From Octopus bimaculoides (lineage: Eukaryota): DNA of 44,580 bases. Below the pieces are notes generated by a model, which ran no database searches, had not been told where the DNA came from, and saw nothing but the letters and a program-made list of their open reading frames with translations. The stretch is taken from the NCBI RefSeq assembly GCF_001194135.2, contig NC_069005.1:18797053-18841632 (forward strand). The letters are read 5' to 3'. The translations under genes and the position numbers were made by a program. Shown piece by piece: positions 12,154 through 23,393 of the stretch (its first letter is position 1; the number at the start of each line of letters is the position of its first letter).

Positions 12154-12280
12154 GGGGCGATTTCGTTTCGCCTAACTTTCAGACATACTGTGTTTTTCAA
12201 CAAAATGTTTCTCGAAAGTGATCTTGTCTGGACGAACTACTTAGCTCTTACGCTATTTGTATACTTGTTCATGCCTCTGG
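12154..12280 (-). other. Candidate non-coding exon (127 nt)
   Basis: Acceptor ttgtctcttccag| and donor |gtaagt on the minus strand; all three frames are closed. Confidence 0.25.
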
Positions 12281-12482
12281 CTGGAAGAGACAAATCGTTT
12301 TGGAGGTGAATGAGTGCGTAGCAGAGAAGAGCGGAAATGACAGTGAAATATCGATAGTTGTCACACCCGGGGCGATTTCTTTTCACGTATCTTTGCGGCA
12401 TGCTGCGTTTTTCAATACTATACGTCTTAAAAGAGGCCACCTCTGAAGGAAGTAACAACGCATGCACACATTCACACACACA

Positions 12483-12544
<62 letters not shown>

Positions 12545-13236
12545 GACACACGTAATTCGCGCATACATACGTACGTACATATAGGCACACATATATATGT
12601 ACACACACAACACATATGCACTTATATAAGTGTGAGATGCTGTGAGAGAGAGCGAGGGCTTCGTTTAAAAACGATCCGTTTATATTTTAATTGCTCACTT
12701 TAATATTTATGACATTTTCCCAAATGTAATTACATATTTCTATTTCCATATGATTTGTAAGATGTCCTTTTATGCAATCATACTATATTACATTAAATTT
12801 AATATGGCTTCCATATATATAACAGCTTCCTGCGTCTGGACCTCAATCATATTATATTGCTTGTGATACATATAACACAGAGTTCCTTCATTGGCTCATG
12901 CTGAGTGTATATGTGTATTATATGAGTGTGCGTTTATGTCACGTAATTCTATGGTTTTCTGTTTGTGTTATGTGTGATTTTCTGTTATGCGCGTATGTAT
13001 CGGGTGTGTGTCTGTGCATGTGTGCGCGCGCGAGCGTATGTATATGTGCGTGTGTGTTTTATCTTTCCTTTCAAGCTTGGATCTTCAAATCCTGATGAAG
13101 ACTTAACGGCGCCGTCGTGTCAAAAGGTGTCTTGGGCATTTGAAATCTGCTGGGGCCCATCCCTCCCCAGATCTGAACATGTCTGATCTATTCGAGTAAG
13201 AAAGTGAAAGAGAGAGAGGAAGAGGGGAAGACAGAA

Positions 13237-13450
13237 AGAAGAAGAAGAAGAAGAAGAAGAAGAAGAAGAAGAAGAAGAAGAAGAAGAAGAAGAAGAAGAA
13301 GAAGAAGAAGAAGAAGAAGAAGAAGAAGAAGAAGAAGAAGGAGGAGGAGGAGGAGGAGGAGAAGAAGAAGAAGAAGAAGAAGAAGAAGAAGAAGAAGAAG
13401 AAGAAGAAGAAGAAGAAGAAGAAGAAGAAGAAGAAGAAGAAGAAGAAGAG
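13237..13450. repeat. (GAA)n/(GGA)n microsatellite
   Basis: Direct reading. Confidence 0.95.
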
Positions 13451-13789
13451 CAACAACAACTTTATCGATCTCCTAGGAATGAAAGGGAAAGTTAACCTCT
13501 GCGGGATTTGAACACGGTGAGCCAGAACAGATATCCATTTCTACTGTATAAGAACTCTCGGCTCTTGAGTCTCTGTAACTTCTGCCAATTATTAATTTTC
13601 AAGAATTAGATTTGGATTAATTAAATTCTAAAAGAAGATGCTTCTCCTTCGTTCACATCTGGTGAATGTAGCTTTGACCAGAAGGAACTGATGTCATCAC
13701 AAGATGTTCTGTGATCGTTGCCGGTTTCGACTCTAATCCGTAACACTCTCCTGTTCGTGGATCATCTGTGGTGCCCAAATCACCTTCTT

Positions 13790-13833
<44 letters not shown>

Positions 13834-14382
13834 TATGTGTGGTATGTGATACAAAAGAGGGACAAGAAAAAACACGGACGGGTCATCTGAAGTTTTCTTT
13901 CCTCAGTCGAGTTCCAGATTATCTTTACAATTTCGGCTGGTTATACTCGAGATTGCTCTAATCTGGCCAGCCCCAAGAAAAAACTAAGCCAAGAGCATTA
14001 GATTCCTTGGAAGAAAGCAGCGAATGTATACGAAAACTAGGACAGAAAAAAGAAACGGAAAAATGGTACACAAATACAAACGTAAATAACAGAACATAAC
14101 AGCAGGACTAACGACGAATTAAATTAAGCTGGCGTGTGTGGAAGTAAAGCCTTACAGCAGGGACATAAAAGATAACAGGCATGGGGAAGGAACATAGATG
14201 TTTCACGGATGGTAGTCGACTCAAGAAAGAAAGGTCAGGTTTGGCCGAACACTGGTCACGTGGAGAGAGAGGAGAGAGGTACATACATGCACACACACAC
14301 ACACTTATCGACTGTGTGATATCATCTATATATACATAGCAGTGAGATATGTGACGACAGTACTGTTTACTGTGCGGCTTAC

Positions 14383-14532
14383 CTGTTACGTTCTATATCT
14401 CGATACAATCTCAAGAACAGATAAGGTCTTCTATAATTGTATTCGGCGCTTATGTGTTTCCAGGGCCCCAAGAAAATGAAAGTATTTACCTCGTCAAAAG
14501 TATTTTCTAGACCGAAATGTGAAATTGTGATC
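14383..14532 (-). CDS. Candidate internal exon, 150 nt, phase 2-2
   Basis: Acceptor tttcattttgtag|G and donor CAG|gtaagc; one open frame, ITISHFGLENTFDEVNTFIFLGPWKHISAEYNYRRPYLFLRLYRDIERN. Product not recognised. Confidence 0.35.
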
Positions 14533-14649
14533 CTACAAAATGAAACTACTTTCGAGCGAATTGAGAACCACAAAGTCACCACTAGGTTCAGTCCGTGTTG
14601 GTGTGGTGGCTTGTATGCCTCACTAACATTGAGTGCTATGCCATGTGAA

Positions 14650-14886
14650 GGCACGTGGCTTAGTGGTTAGGGTATTCGGCTCACGATCGCACGGTCGTAA
14701 GTTCGATTCTCTCCTTGAGCAAGATACCAGTCCACTCAGTTGTACCTGTAATGCAGCGTCAGCCTTGTTTCATTCAGGGTACGCGTGTCTGTGGACTGCT
14801 CAACCATTTCCACGTTAATTCCACGAGCAGGCTGTTCTGTTGATCGGATCAACTGGAACATTCGTCGTCGTAATCGGAGTACCAGC
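14650..14886 (+). mobile_element. tRNA-derived SINE family C (CORE-like middle), internally deleted
   Basis: A box tggcttagtgg, B box gttcgattc, ccttgagcaagat..ccagtccactcag; the 3' tail is shared with 76-215. Confidence 0.8.
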
Positions 14887-15112
14887 CAGAGTGTAATGCT
14901 AACAGAGCGCAAATTTCTGTCAGGGCCTCCCATGCTGGACAGGTGAAAGGATAAAAAGCCAGACTAATATGGGCCCCCGCTTCTCATGGATAAAAATGAG
15001 TTTGTGTAGGGCCAACACCCCTGCCTAGAAAAAAAGGCAAAGTTAAAGTAGTATTGATGACAAAACGAAAAGAACGAAGAAAGGAAGGTCTTTCCTCGGG
15101 GATTGACCTCAC

Positions 15113-15136
15113 CTTAAGACAGCCCAGAGTCGAACG
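15113..15136 (-). CDS. Candidate 24-nt micro-exon
   Basis: Acceptor aacttttcttcgcag| and donor AAG|gtgagg; reads VRLWAVL(R) in phase 2 or RSTLGCLK in phase 0. Confidence 0.3.
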
Positions 15137-15350
15137 CTGCGAAGAAAAGTTGTTGATGGCGAATGCATGAGATGAATGAGGGCTTGATGAATGAGATAAC
15201 CACAAAGTAGAATACCATTGAGTGCCATAGCGTACCAAGATGTCATTAATAACATTCTCGTTACTGAATTTAGATCCGCCAAATAATTTCTTTACATTCC
15301 TGATTAAACTGAGCAAAGCATTTCTGTTAAATTTCAAAATGTATTAAATA

Positions 15351-15782
15351 TCTTTTTAATTTTGGCACAAGGCCAGCAATTTTTGAAAGGGAGCTGGGAA
15401 GCCGATTACATCAACTCCAGTGCTGAACTGGCACGTATTTTATCGACCACGAAAGAATAAAAAGCAAAGCAGACCTCGGTGGTATTTAAACTCAGAACGT
15501 AAATGAATCGGAATAAATACCGTAAGACATCTTGTCCGATACTCAAACGATTCTGTCAGTTTGCAACTTGAATAATTCTTTTTAATTTTGGAACAGGGCC
15601 AATAATTTCGAAAAGAGAGAGAAGTCGATCACATCAACCCCGTTGCTCAACTGGTACTTGCTTGAAAGAATGAAAGGCAAAGCTGACTTCAGCAGAATTT
15701 GAACACAAAACGTAAAGAGCCGGAAGAAATGTCGTAAATCATCTTGTCTGACATGTTAACGATACTGACTACTTGCCACCTC
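15351..15782 (-). mobile_element. Two tandem decayed SINE family A copies (15351-15568, 15576-15782)
   Basis: Both show ttttggcacaaggcc...actggtac...gaaagaat(g)aaag(g)caaag...aatttgaac...gaacgtaa in the same order as 7825-8058. Confidence 0.75.
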
Positions 15783-16295
15783 GACTATCAAAAGTGAAGA
15801 GCTAGAACGATTAGCATTAAATATACAACACACCATTACTTTCCTTCGAAATCAATGCCTTCTTCATTGCATTCCACTTCGTCACAGTTGTGGTGAAATT
15901 ATGTAGACCCGTTGGTACGCCTCCATAATTATGGAATTTGATATTAAGAGCGGATACATTTTTCCCCATGTAAACTGAAAGCATAAGAGATGTGATCTCG
16001 GGACAAATACTGCAGCAGCAGGCCTAACAACAGTGTGTATACATTAAATATGATACATAGATGGCTATTTTAATAAAATGATAATTTAATTCGCTTATAT
16101 CGGATTTCCAATCGCCCTGGAGGTTATTCCGAACATCAGTGAATGCTTTATTCTATTTTTTTTTTCTATATCTGAAATAACGAATTTTCGTCTGACCATG
16201 TCGCTGGCTGCATGAACGCGCTGTTGATAAGGCCTAAAAGGCTGAAATGCATGCGCAGCTCTTGCTGAATCCTGCTGGGATAAATTTTCGTCTTA

Positions 16296-16398
16296 CAGGG
16301 TGTTCGGGCTAAATTTGACCACTTTTTATGCCTTCATTCCTCAGGAGTAACATGATGTGCATTGATGAACGGCACTGGAAAGTAACGATTAAAGTTGC
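16296..16398 (+). mobile_element. Left end of a Tc1/mariner-like element (TIR fragment)
   Basis: TA|CAGGGTGTTCGGGCTAAATTTGACC; the same end and downstream sequence occur at 25958. Confidence 0.55.
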
Positions 16399-16422
16399 AC
16401 TACTACTATTACTGGAACTTAC

Positions 16423-16512
16423 TTCAACCCTTCGGCTGCCCCTGACATACATGGCGTCTGCTTGGAGTTCAATCAGGTCGAGATAAACATTTGATTGCGA
16501 TTCTTCCCGGAG
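16423..16512 (-). other. Candidate exon (90 nt) with strong donor
   Basis: Donor GAA|gtaagt at 16423; the acceptor is weak. Contains an ATG at 16448 (MSGAAEGL..) and an alternative open frame, LREESQSNVYLDLIELQADAMYVRGSRRVE. Confidence 0.2.
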
Positions 16513-16527
16513 CTTGTTGGTACAAAA

Positions 16528-16597
<70 letters not shown>

Positions 16598-16954
16598 GGT
16601 GGTGNNNNNNNNNNNNNNNNNNNNNNNNNNNNNNNNNNNNNNNNNNNNNNNNNNNNNNNNNNNNNNNNNNNNNNNNNNNNNNNNNNNNNNNNNNNNNNNN
16701 NNNNNNNNNNNNNNNNNNNNNNNNNNNNNNNNNNNNNNNNNNNNNNNNNNNNNNNNNNNNNNNGTGGTGGTGGTGGTGGTGGTAGTAGTAACCGACATCC
16801 TGTTCCATCATCTGTGATCCTCACAGCTGCCTAATAACATCCTCTGGTCTTTCACGCCTCACCCACCACCTCCATTCACACCTGTTTCTCCTTTTCACAT
16901 TCGCCAGTCTGTGTCTTCTCGGACAAGCCCTGTACTAAATGCAATCACATCAAC

Positions 16955-16955
<1 letters not shown>

Positions 16956-17012
<57 letters not shown>

Positions 17013-17243
17013 AATCAAAATAGGATAAAAATCTTTTACAAGAATTTTATCAGGAAGCTAGTGTGTAAAAAAAATTCGTAAGGGAAATTTCTATTCCCAA
17101 GAATATACTTATTCGTTTATATATATATATAAAGGGCATTACTACGGAATAATGCCACACACCAGACTTCCCAAAGAAACACTACTAAAATGTGTTTATT
17201 TGGGAAGTCTGGTATGTAGCATTATTCCGTAGTAATGCCCTTT

Positions 17244-17332
<89 letters not shown>

Positions 17333-17435
17333 TGGACAGACGGACGGACGGACGGACGGACGGACGGACGGACGGACGGACGGATGGATGGCTAGACGGA
17401 CTGATGGGTGGATGGATGGATGGATGGATGGATAG
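16956..17435. repeat. (GATA)n, (GACG)n and (GGAT)n microsatellites flanking a short duplicated sequence
   Basis: Direct reading; aagggcattactacggaataatg (17132) occurs inverted at 17221-17243. Confidence 0.85.
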
Positions 17436-18223
17436 AGAGACCGAAAAATAGAGAGATAAACAGGCAGACAGACAAGCCGATAGATTCATAGACAAACAAA
17501 CAGTCTGCCTGTCCCATCACATAAGACCGAGTTAATATTCGTCTTTTTAACACTTCATGAAACTGAATCTGTTTTTTCGAGAATTCCAAAGTAGTTTCCC
17601 AAGTAAGTTCGCTTAAAAAAATACCAGAAAAAAAAGTATCTTGCTTTCACTATTATCATAGCGGCCTCGTAATAAACCACGTAGCGTTCGTCTTTCTTTG
17701 AAAGATGGAGTGGTAGAAGAAGAAAAAACAGTTTTGAGAGACTCAAAGAAGTCTAAGCGCTTAAAAAGTATGCGAGATAAATAGAAAACCTAAGAAAGTA
17801 ACGAATTGTCTAAATAAATAAATTAATATGTAAATAGAACGTCGGATATCAATTAGGAAGAGAAGCATATTTGGGTAAGAAGACGATAATGGTACTTGTT
17901 ACAGCGTAGATACGTGAACACGTGATACGCCCACGCATGCGCCGAGCAACACAGTATGAATAAAAGATAAAACTCATACATCAACGCATGCACATGCGTA
18001 TATAATCATAACTATATAAAGACACACACACACACACGTATGTATGTATGTTTGTATGTATGTGTGTTTGTGTGTGTATGTATGTATGTACATATTTGCG
18101 AATATATATGAAATATATTGAATTAGCGTTTAAGCTCTATGAAAATATATCCGCCTAATTGGTGTCTCTCATTCATGTAATTAATTACGAGATGATTATA
18201 GGGTTAATGACACTTGTACTTAC

Positions 18224-18236
18224 GGCGAGGAAACAT
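18224..18236 (-). other. Candidate 13-nt micro-exon
   Basis: cattattatgttctacag|ATGTTTCCTCGCC|gtaagtac. Confidence 0.25.
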
Positions 18237-18287
18237 CTGTAGAACATAATAATGAAATTTTCAAATATCATTCAAATCTTTTTCAAT

Positions 18288-18319
<32 letters not shown>

Positions 18320-18323
<4 letters not shown>

Positions 18324-18690
18324 ATTCTTTTATTTGTTTCAGTCATTTGACTGCGACCATGCGGGAGTACCGCCTTTAGTCGAACTATTCGACCCCAGGA
18401 CTTATTCTTTGTAAGCCTAGTACTTATTCTATCGGTGTCTTTTGCCGAGCCGCTAAGTTACGGGGTCGTAAACACACCAACATCAGTTGTCAAGCGATGG
18501 TAAAGAGACGAACACAGACACACAAATGTACATATATATATACTACAGGTTTTCGTCTACCAAATCCACTCACAAGGCTTTGGTCGGTCCGAGTATATAG
18601 TAGGAGAGACTTGCACAAGGTGCCACGCAGTGGGACTGAACCCGGAATCATATGGCTGGGAAGCAAGCTTCTTACCACACAGCCACGCCT
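18320..18690 (-). mobile_element. Full-length tRNA-derived SINE family B
   Basis: On the minus strand: aggcgtggctgtgtggtaagaagc (A box), gggttcagtccc (B box), internal (TA)/(TG) microsatellite, 3' tail gcagtcaaatgactgaaacaaataaaagaataaa. Confidence 0.88.
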
Positions 18691-18762
18691 ATGCCTTTAT
18701 ATGTATATATATATATGTGAGTGTATATATATATATATCTGCAAATAATATGTGACATTCGG

Positions 18763-18836
18763 TAGCCATGATAAAACTCCGAGTTTCGGATGTCGGGGTG
18801 GAAACCCACGCCGCCATCTCTTCAGTTATCTGGCCA
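18763..18836 (-). ncRNA. Type I hammerhead ribozyme at the 3' end of a Penelope-like element
   Basis: UGGCCAGAUAA-CUGAAGA-[GAUGGCGGCGUGG/GUUU/CCACCCCGACAUC]-C-GAAA-CUCGGAG-U-U-UUAUC-A-UGGCUA. Stem I is 5+6 bp with one bulge; long stem II; cleavage predicted after 18775. Confidence 0.8.
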
Positions 18837-20190
18837 TCGAAAAAATGCTATGAAAATGACCGTTAAACAAAGGGAAATTACNNNNNNNNNNCTGGCCATC
18901 GAAAAAATGCTATGAAAATGACCGTTAAACAAAGGGAAATTACTGTGTGATTGACCGTTATTAAGACAAAAGAGCTATTAGAATGACCACTAAGTGAGGG
19001 GAGGGAGTAAAGGTAATAGGAAAAAATACGGGAGTGGTATGACAGTAGTAGGATGTGTGTGGAATCCTTTTAAATGGTCAAGTGACCTAAAAGTGACCTG
19101 TTATGGTTGTAATAGTAGTGGTTGGAATTGTTCCGAATAAATTCATGGGTAGTGACTGTTCTGAATATATCGTTTTTAATATTTGCATGGATATTATTCT
19201 AAGGCCCTTGTAGTAATGTCATTTGTGGTGAACGCATTCAAAAGGGGTCTATATTTTGTGATAAAATATGACTCTTTGGTAATGCACTGATTATAGGTCG
19301 CATCGTCCCTGAGTTTATTGAGGGGTAAAATTCTGAAGCTGGATTATGGTTAGTGGTACTAATGTCGATGTGTTCGCTGAATGCTATTTTTCTGTATTCC
19401 CGAATTTTGATCTTGGATCTATGTAGTATCATCCTTTGGCATAGACTGTTTTTGGTTCGGCCTATGTATTGTTCTCGACACCCATAGCAAGTTAACACAT
19501 ATATTAGGTTCTCCGAAGCACATGTAAAGTTGTTTTTCACTGTAGAACGTTGACCCCGTTTGAAAGAGAACACCGACCCCTCATTTAAGTTGACGCATAT
19601 ACCACAGTTAGGTCTTCGGCATTTTTTACTGACGGCTTCAGTGTTGTTGTCGAGCGTAATTGGGCTTGTGTTAGGAGACTTTTCATAGATTTGGGCTGTC
19701 TTTTGCTCTTTATGATGGTGTGGGAAGATTAAATTCATTCTGTGGTCCTTTTCTAGTATGGGAATGTTCTGGAGGATGGTATTGGTTTCATTGTTAAGGG
19801 GGTTGTGTGTGGAGATTATGGTAGGGCTTTTGTTTGTAAATTCTTTTTTAGTTTGGGATGTCTGAGTTCGTGGATGTTGAGTTGTCGGGCACGTTGAAAG
19901 CATATGTCAATTAGTGATGGTGGGTAGTTCCTGGTGATGAGTGTATCCTTTAGTTCATGTAGTCGTGTGTCCCTGGTGCTTGTATTAGAAACTATAGTAC
20001 AAATCCATTTGCTAGGTTGAAAAGGATGTTCATTCTAGTGTGTCTTGGGTGGCATGGGTTGAACGGTAGATATTGCTTGGAGTCCATGAGCTTATAGTAT
20101 ATATCTGTTTCTATTTTGTTGTTGGATTTCTTAATGAGGATGTCGAGGAATGGAAGTTGTTGATGGCTATATTCCATTGTAAATTGAATG
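18763..20190 (-). pseudogene. Penelope-like retroelement, 5'-truncated (RT thumb and GIY-YIG endonuclease)
   Basis: QFTMEYSHQQLPFLDILIKKSNNKIETDIYYK..DSKQYLPFN.CHPRHT (19992-20177); CRRPNCGIC...FTCASENLIYVLTCYGCREQYIGRTKNSL.QRMILHRSKI (19238-19903). Frameshifted. Confidence 0.9.
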
Positions 20191-20309
20191 CTTACGTCAA
20201 GTCCATTTTAGTTTTAATATTTTAGTTTTCGTATTTTCCAGTGGTGTTCTCTGTCTGTTATTTTAACTTCATCCCACAGGGAGAGGTGGTCTCCATTTTT
20301 CCATACATG

Positions 20310-20420
20310 AAAAGAGACCGATAGAATAAGCAGCAAAATTAAATAAGTCTATTCCACTAAAAATTCTCCAAGGCGGTGCTCCACCATGGCCGCAGTCTAA
20401 TGACTGAAATAAAGAAAAGA
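20310..20420 (+). mobile_element. 3' fragment of SINE family B
   Basis: aagagaccgatagaataag...ggcggtgctccaccatggccgcagtctaatgactgaaa. Confidence 0.7.
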
Positions 20421-20618
20421 TAAAAGTTAAGAGATAGGTTTTATCTCACTGCTGTTAGAAAAGGAGACTTGAGATCAAAATTTCAGCTTCTACTGTGAGT
20501 CTAGCATCGCAGGATTCATCAAGAATTGTGAAAACTCAGAGTAGTGATCTTTGAAGATATACACCTTAATGTAACAGCCTGTACAGGTGCCCATATATGT
20601 GCCTATATGTATATATAG

Positions 20619-20714
<96 letters not shown>

Positions 20715-20721
20715 GTGTGAA

Positions 20722-20995
20722 GTGCGTAGCCTTGTAGGCAGGATGTTGAACTCACTGTTGTGAGGTCGTGGTTTGAGTTCCTGGACCGAGTGGGGCGTTG
20801 TGTTATCGAGCAAAACACTTTATCTTACGTTGATCTGTGTTTACTTTGACATCTGACGCTTTGCACACATGGGCACCTCTACAGGCAACGTCGATTTGAT
20901 GGAGGGAGTCAGCTAATGTACGGCACAACCATTGAAACAATTCATTTGTGCAGGTTGTTCTGCAAGAGATTGCGGAACCCTCTAACTCGGACGAG
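20722..20995 (+). mobile_element. Decayed tRNA-derived CORE-like SINE
   Basis: gtggtttgagttcctggacc..gcgttgtgttatcgagcaaaacacttt; a related reverse copy lies at 25770-25950. Confidence 0.55.
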
Positions 20996-21199
20996 AGAGA
21001 TTACCAAGAAGATATACATATGAACACGCACTCACAAAAATACATAAAATACACACACACATATACACGTACAAATACACACGCGCACGCGTATATATGT
21101 ACATATATATTTAAATTGATTGTTCAACACACATTAACAATTAACAAAGAGCCATTATAAAACTAACGACAAATAACGACATCGGTATTTTGCGAACAG

Positions 21200-21860
21200 T
21201 ACTTGTATTGAAAGCGATGGCTGGTGGTGGTGGTGGTGGTGGTGGTGGTGGTGGTGGTGATCGTGACGATGATGATGATAATGATGATGATGGCGATTAT
21301 GATGATGATGATGATTACGACGATGACGACGGTGACGACGATGATGATGATAATGATGTTCATAGTGACGTTAATGAGGCCGTCGACAAATATGTTTACG
21401 GTGGTGATGTCAATGGCAGCGTAGGTGGCAGTGGTGGTGGGTGTGCTGGCGGTTGTCATGGAGACGATGGTGCTAATGCTTTACGGTGATGATGGTGATG
21501 ATAGTGATGGTGGTCACTGTTATGGTTGTTGTGATGGTGATGGTGTTGTGGTGGTGGTACTGTGGCAATTATGGTTGTGTTAAGATGGGGGGGGGCGGTA
21601 ATGGTAGCTATGGTCCTCATAGTAATTGCGATGATGGCGATGGATGTTTCATGGTGATGGGGTTGTTGGAATGGTGATGGTGCCGGTGGAGATAACGGTG
21701 GTTGTGGTGGTGATAGTATTCGTATTAGTATTAGCAGTGGTAGTTGATGTAATGATGATGGTGATGTTGATGGTTGTATTTGTAGTGTTATTTATGGTAA
21801 TGGCAGTAGTATGGCGATGGTATGGCGGGGTGATATTGTATCAACGGCGGTTGATATTAA
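21200..21860. repeat. Cryptic (GGT)/(GAT)/(GAC) trinucleotide low-complexity tract
   Basis: Direct reading; homopolymer ORFs in several frames. Confidence 0.9.
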
Positions 21861-21954
21861 CGGGGGTGGGGCCGTTGTATGGGGATAACGAGGTCATTTT
21901 AGTAGTATTTCAAAAGCAAAATGGTAAAAGGGATAAAGATCTTTCGGGAGTGAC

Positions 21955-22191
21955 ATAGACTTGTGGGACCGGTTTCCTGGATTCTATGGCTTAAACACCC
22001 CCAACCCCCAGGTCTCCACTGGACGGCACATCGATCCATCGGAAGGATACTCATTTATACCAGCTGAGTGGACTGGAACAATATGAAATAAATAGTTTTG
22101 CTCAAGAATACAACACATCACCCGGTCCAGGAATCGAAACCACAATCTAACATTTATGAACGCAACACCTTAACCAGTAAACCACGCGCCT
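21955..22191 (-). mobile_element. tRNA-derived CORE-like SINE
   Basis: The minus-strand head is ggcgcgtggtttactggttaagg...gtttcgattcctggacc, followed by ttgtattcttgagcaaaacta..ccagtccactcagctgg. Confidence 0.75.
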
Positions 22192-22205
22192 CCATGTAGT
22201 AATAA

Positions 22206-22416
22206 TTCTTTCTACTAAAGGCACAAGGCCTGAAATTTTGGGGGACGAGACTAGTCGATTATATCGACCTCAGCATTTTACTGGTACTTTATTTATCGAC
22301 CCCGAAAGGATGAAAGGCAAAGATGACCTCGGCGAAATTTGAACTCAGAATGTAGCGACGGATGAAATACCACTAAGTATTTAGTCCAGCGCATATAATT
22401 CTGCCAGTTGGTCGCC
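22206..22416 (-). mobile_element. SINE family A copy
   Basis: ctggtactttatttatcgaccccgaaaggatgaaaggcaaag..cctcggcgaaatttgaactcagaa. Confidence 0.85.
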
Positions 22417-22451
22417 TTCCTTCTCGTAATAATAATAATGTGATGCTAATT

Positions 22452-22640
22452 AGCCTCATATTTTAGCACGACGGATAAAATGCTTAGCAACATTTCATCT
22501 GTTTTCACGTTCTGAGTTCAAATTTCGCTGAGGGCGGCTTTTCGGGGTCGGTTAGATAAATACCAGCTGAACACTGGCGTTGTTATAATTGACTTAGTCC
22601 CCTCCTGAAATTGCTGGCCTTGTGCCAAACTTTGAAATCA
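22452..22640 (+). mobile_element. SINE family A copy, inverted relative to 22206-22416
   Basis: ttagcacgacggataaaatgcttag..acgttctgagttcaaattt..ttttcggggtcg..ggccttgtgccaaa. Confidence 0.75.
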
Positions 22641-22824
22641 CATGTCAGGCCTGAACCAACAGATATATGATCAAAGTAATTCCGACCGTGACCATCCCTC
22701 TTATTTTCAATACTCAATGAATTCTTCGTTTTTCAAAGACTAAAGGTGAAGTTTCAGAAATTTAGGCTGCTATCTTTGCAGGTCGTATGACATCCCACCC
22801 GACTAAAGTTTCCTCTTCGTTCGA

Positions 22825-22843
22825 AGTAGTAGTAGTAGTAGTT

Positions 22844-22885
<42 letters not shown>

Positions 22886-23360
22886 ATGCCGTTAGTTGTG
22901 ACTAGTAGTAGTAGTGGTGCTATTGGTATCACTACCATCACTAGTAGTGGTAGCAGTAGCAGCCGTAGTGGTGGTGGTGGTAGTAGTGTAAGTAGTAGTA
23001 GCAGAAAGAGCAGTAGCAGCGGCTCCAGCAGAAGTAGCAGTGGTGGTCGTAGTAGTAGTAATATCACTAGTAGTAGTAGTAGTAGTAGTAGTAGTAACAG
23101 CAGCAGTGGTTGTAGTAGTAGCAGTAGTGGTAAGTGGCGTTGTTGTTTAAGTCACTTTCCCTGATTGGACAGTCGTAAAAAGGCCGTTCCACTGATGGCC
23201 CTCTCTCCTTTTATTAATGTTCATTTCTTTACAAGACTACAGCATTGTGATTTATAGTAGTAGTAGTAGTAGTAGTAACAGCGGTAGTAGTTGTGGTGTA
23301 AGTGGTAGTAGCAGCAAGAGTGATAAAAAGAGGGGCAGCAGCAACAACAGCAGCAGCAGC

Positions 23361-23393
<33 letters not shown>

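Noticed and set aside
13092-13135. CUGAUGA-A-GAC...GUC-AAAA hammerhead-like string
   Set aside because: No GAAA, and stems I and III do not pair.
13076-13195. Plus-strand 120-nt exon-like segment (ttcctttcaag|...|gtaaga) ending in ATGTCTGATCTATTCGA
   Set aside because: All three frames contain stops and I found no compatible downstream plus-strand exon. A 5' UTR/start exon cannot be excluded but is unsupported.
13895-13985. GGCUGG...CCAGCC-GAAA followed by CUGAGGA on the minus strand (possible permuted hammerhead)
   Set aside because: No consistent stem I or type II/III topology could be drawn.
14650-14712. tRNA-like A and B boxes here and in other SINE heads
   Set aside because: No complete cloverleaf, and they continue into SINE bodies, so they are not tRNA genes.
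18830-18942. ~51-bp exact direct repeat either side of a 10-N gap
   Set aside because: Typical unmerged contig overlap (assembly artefact).
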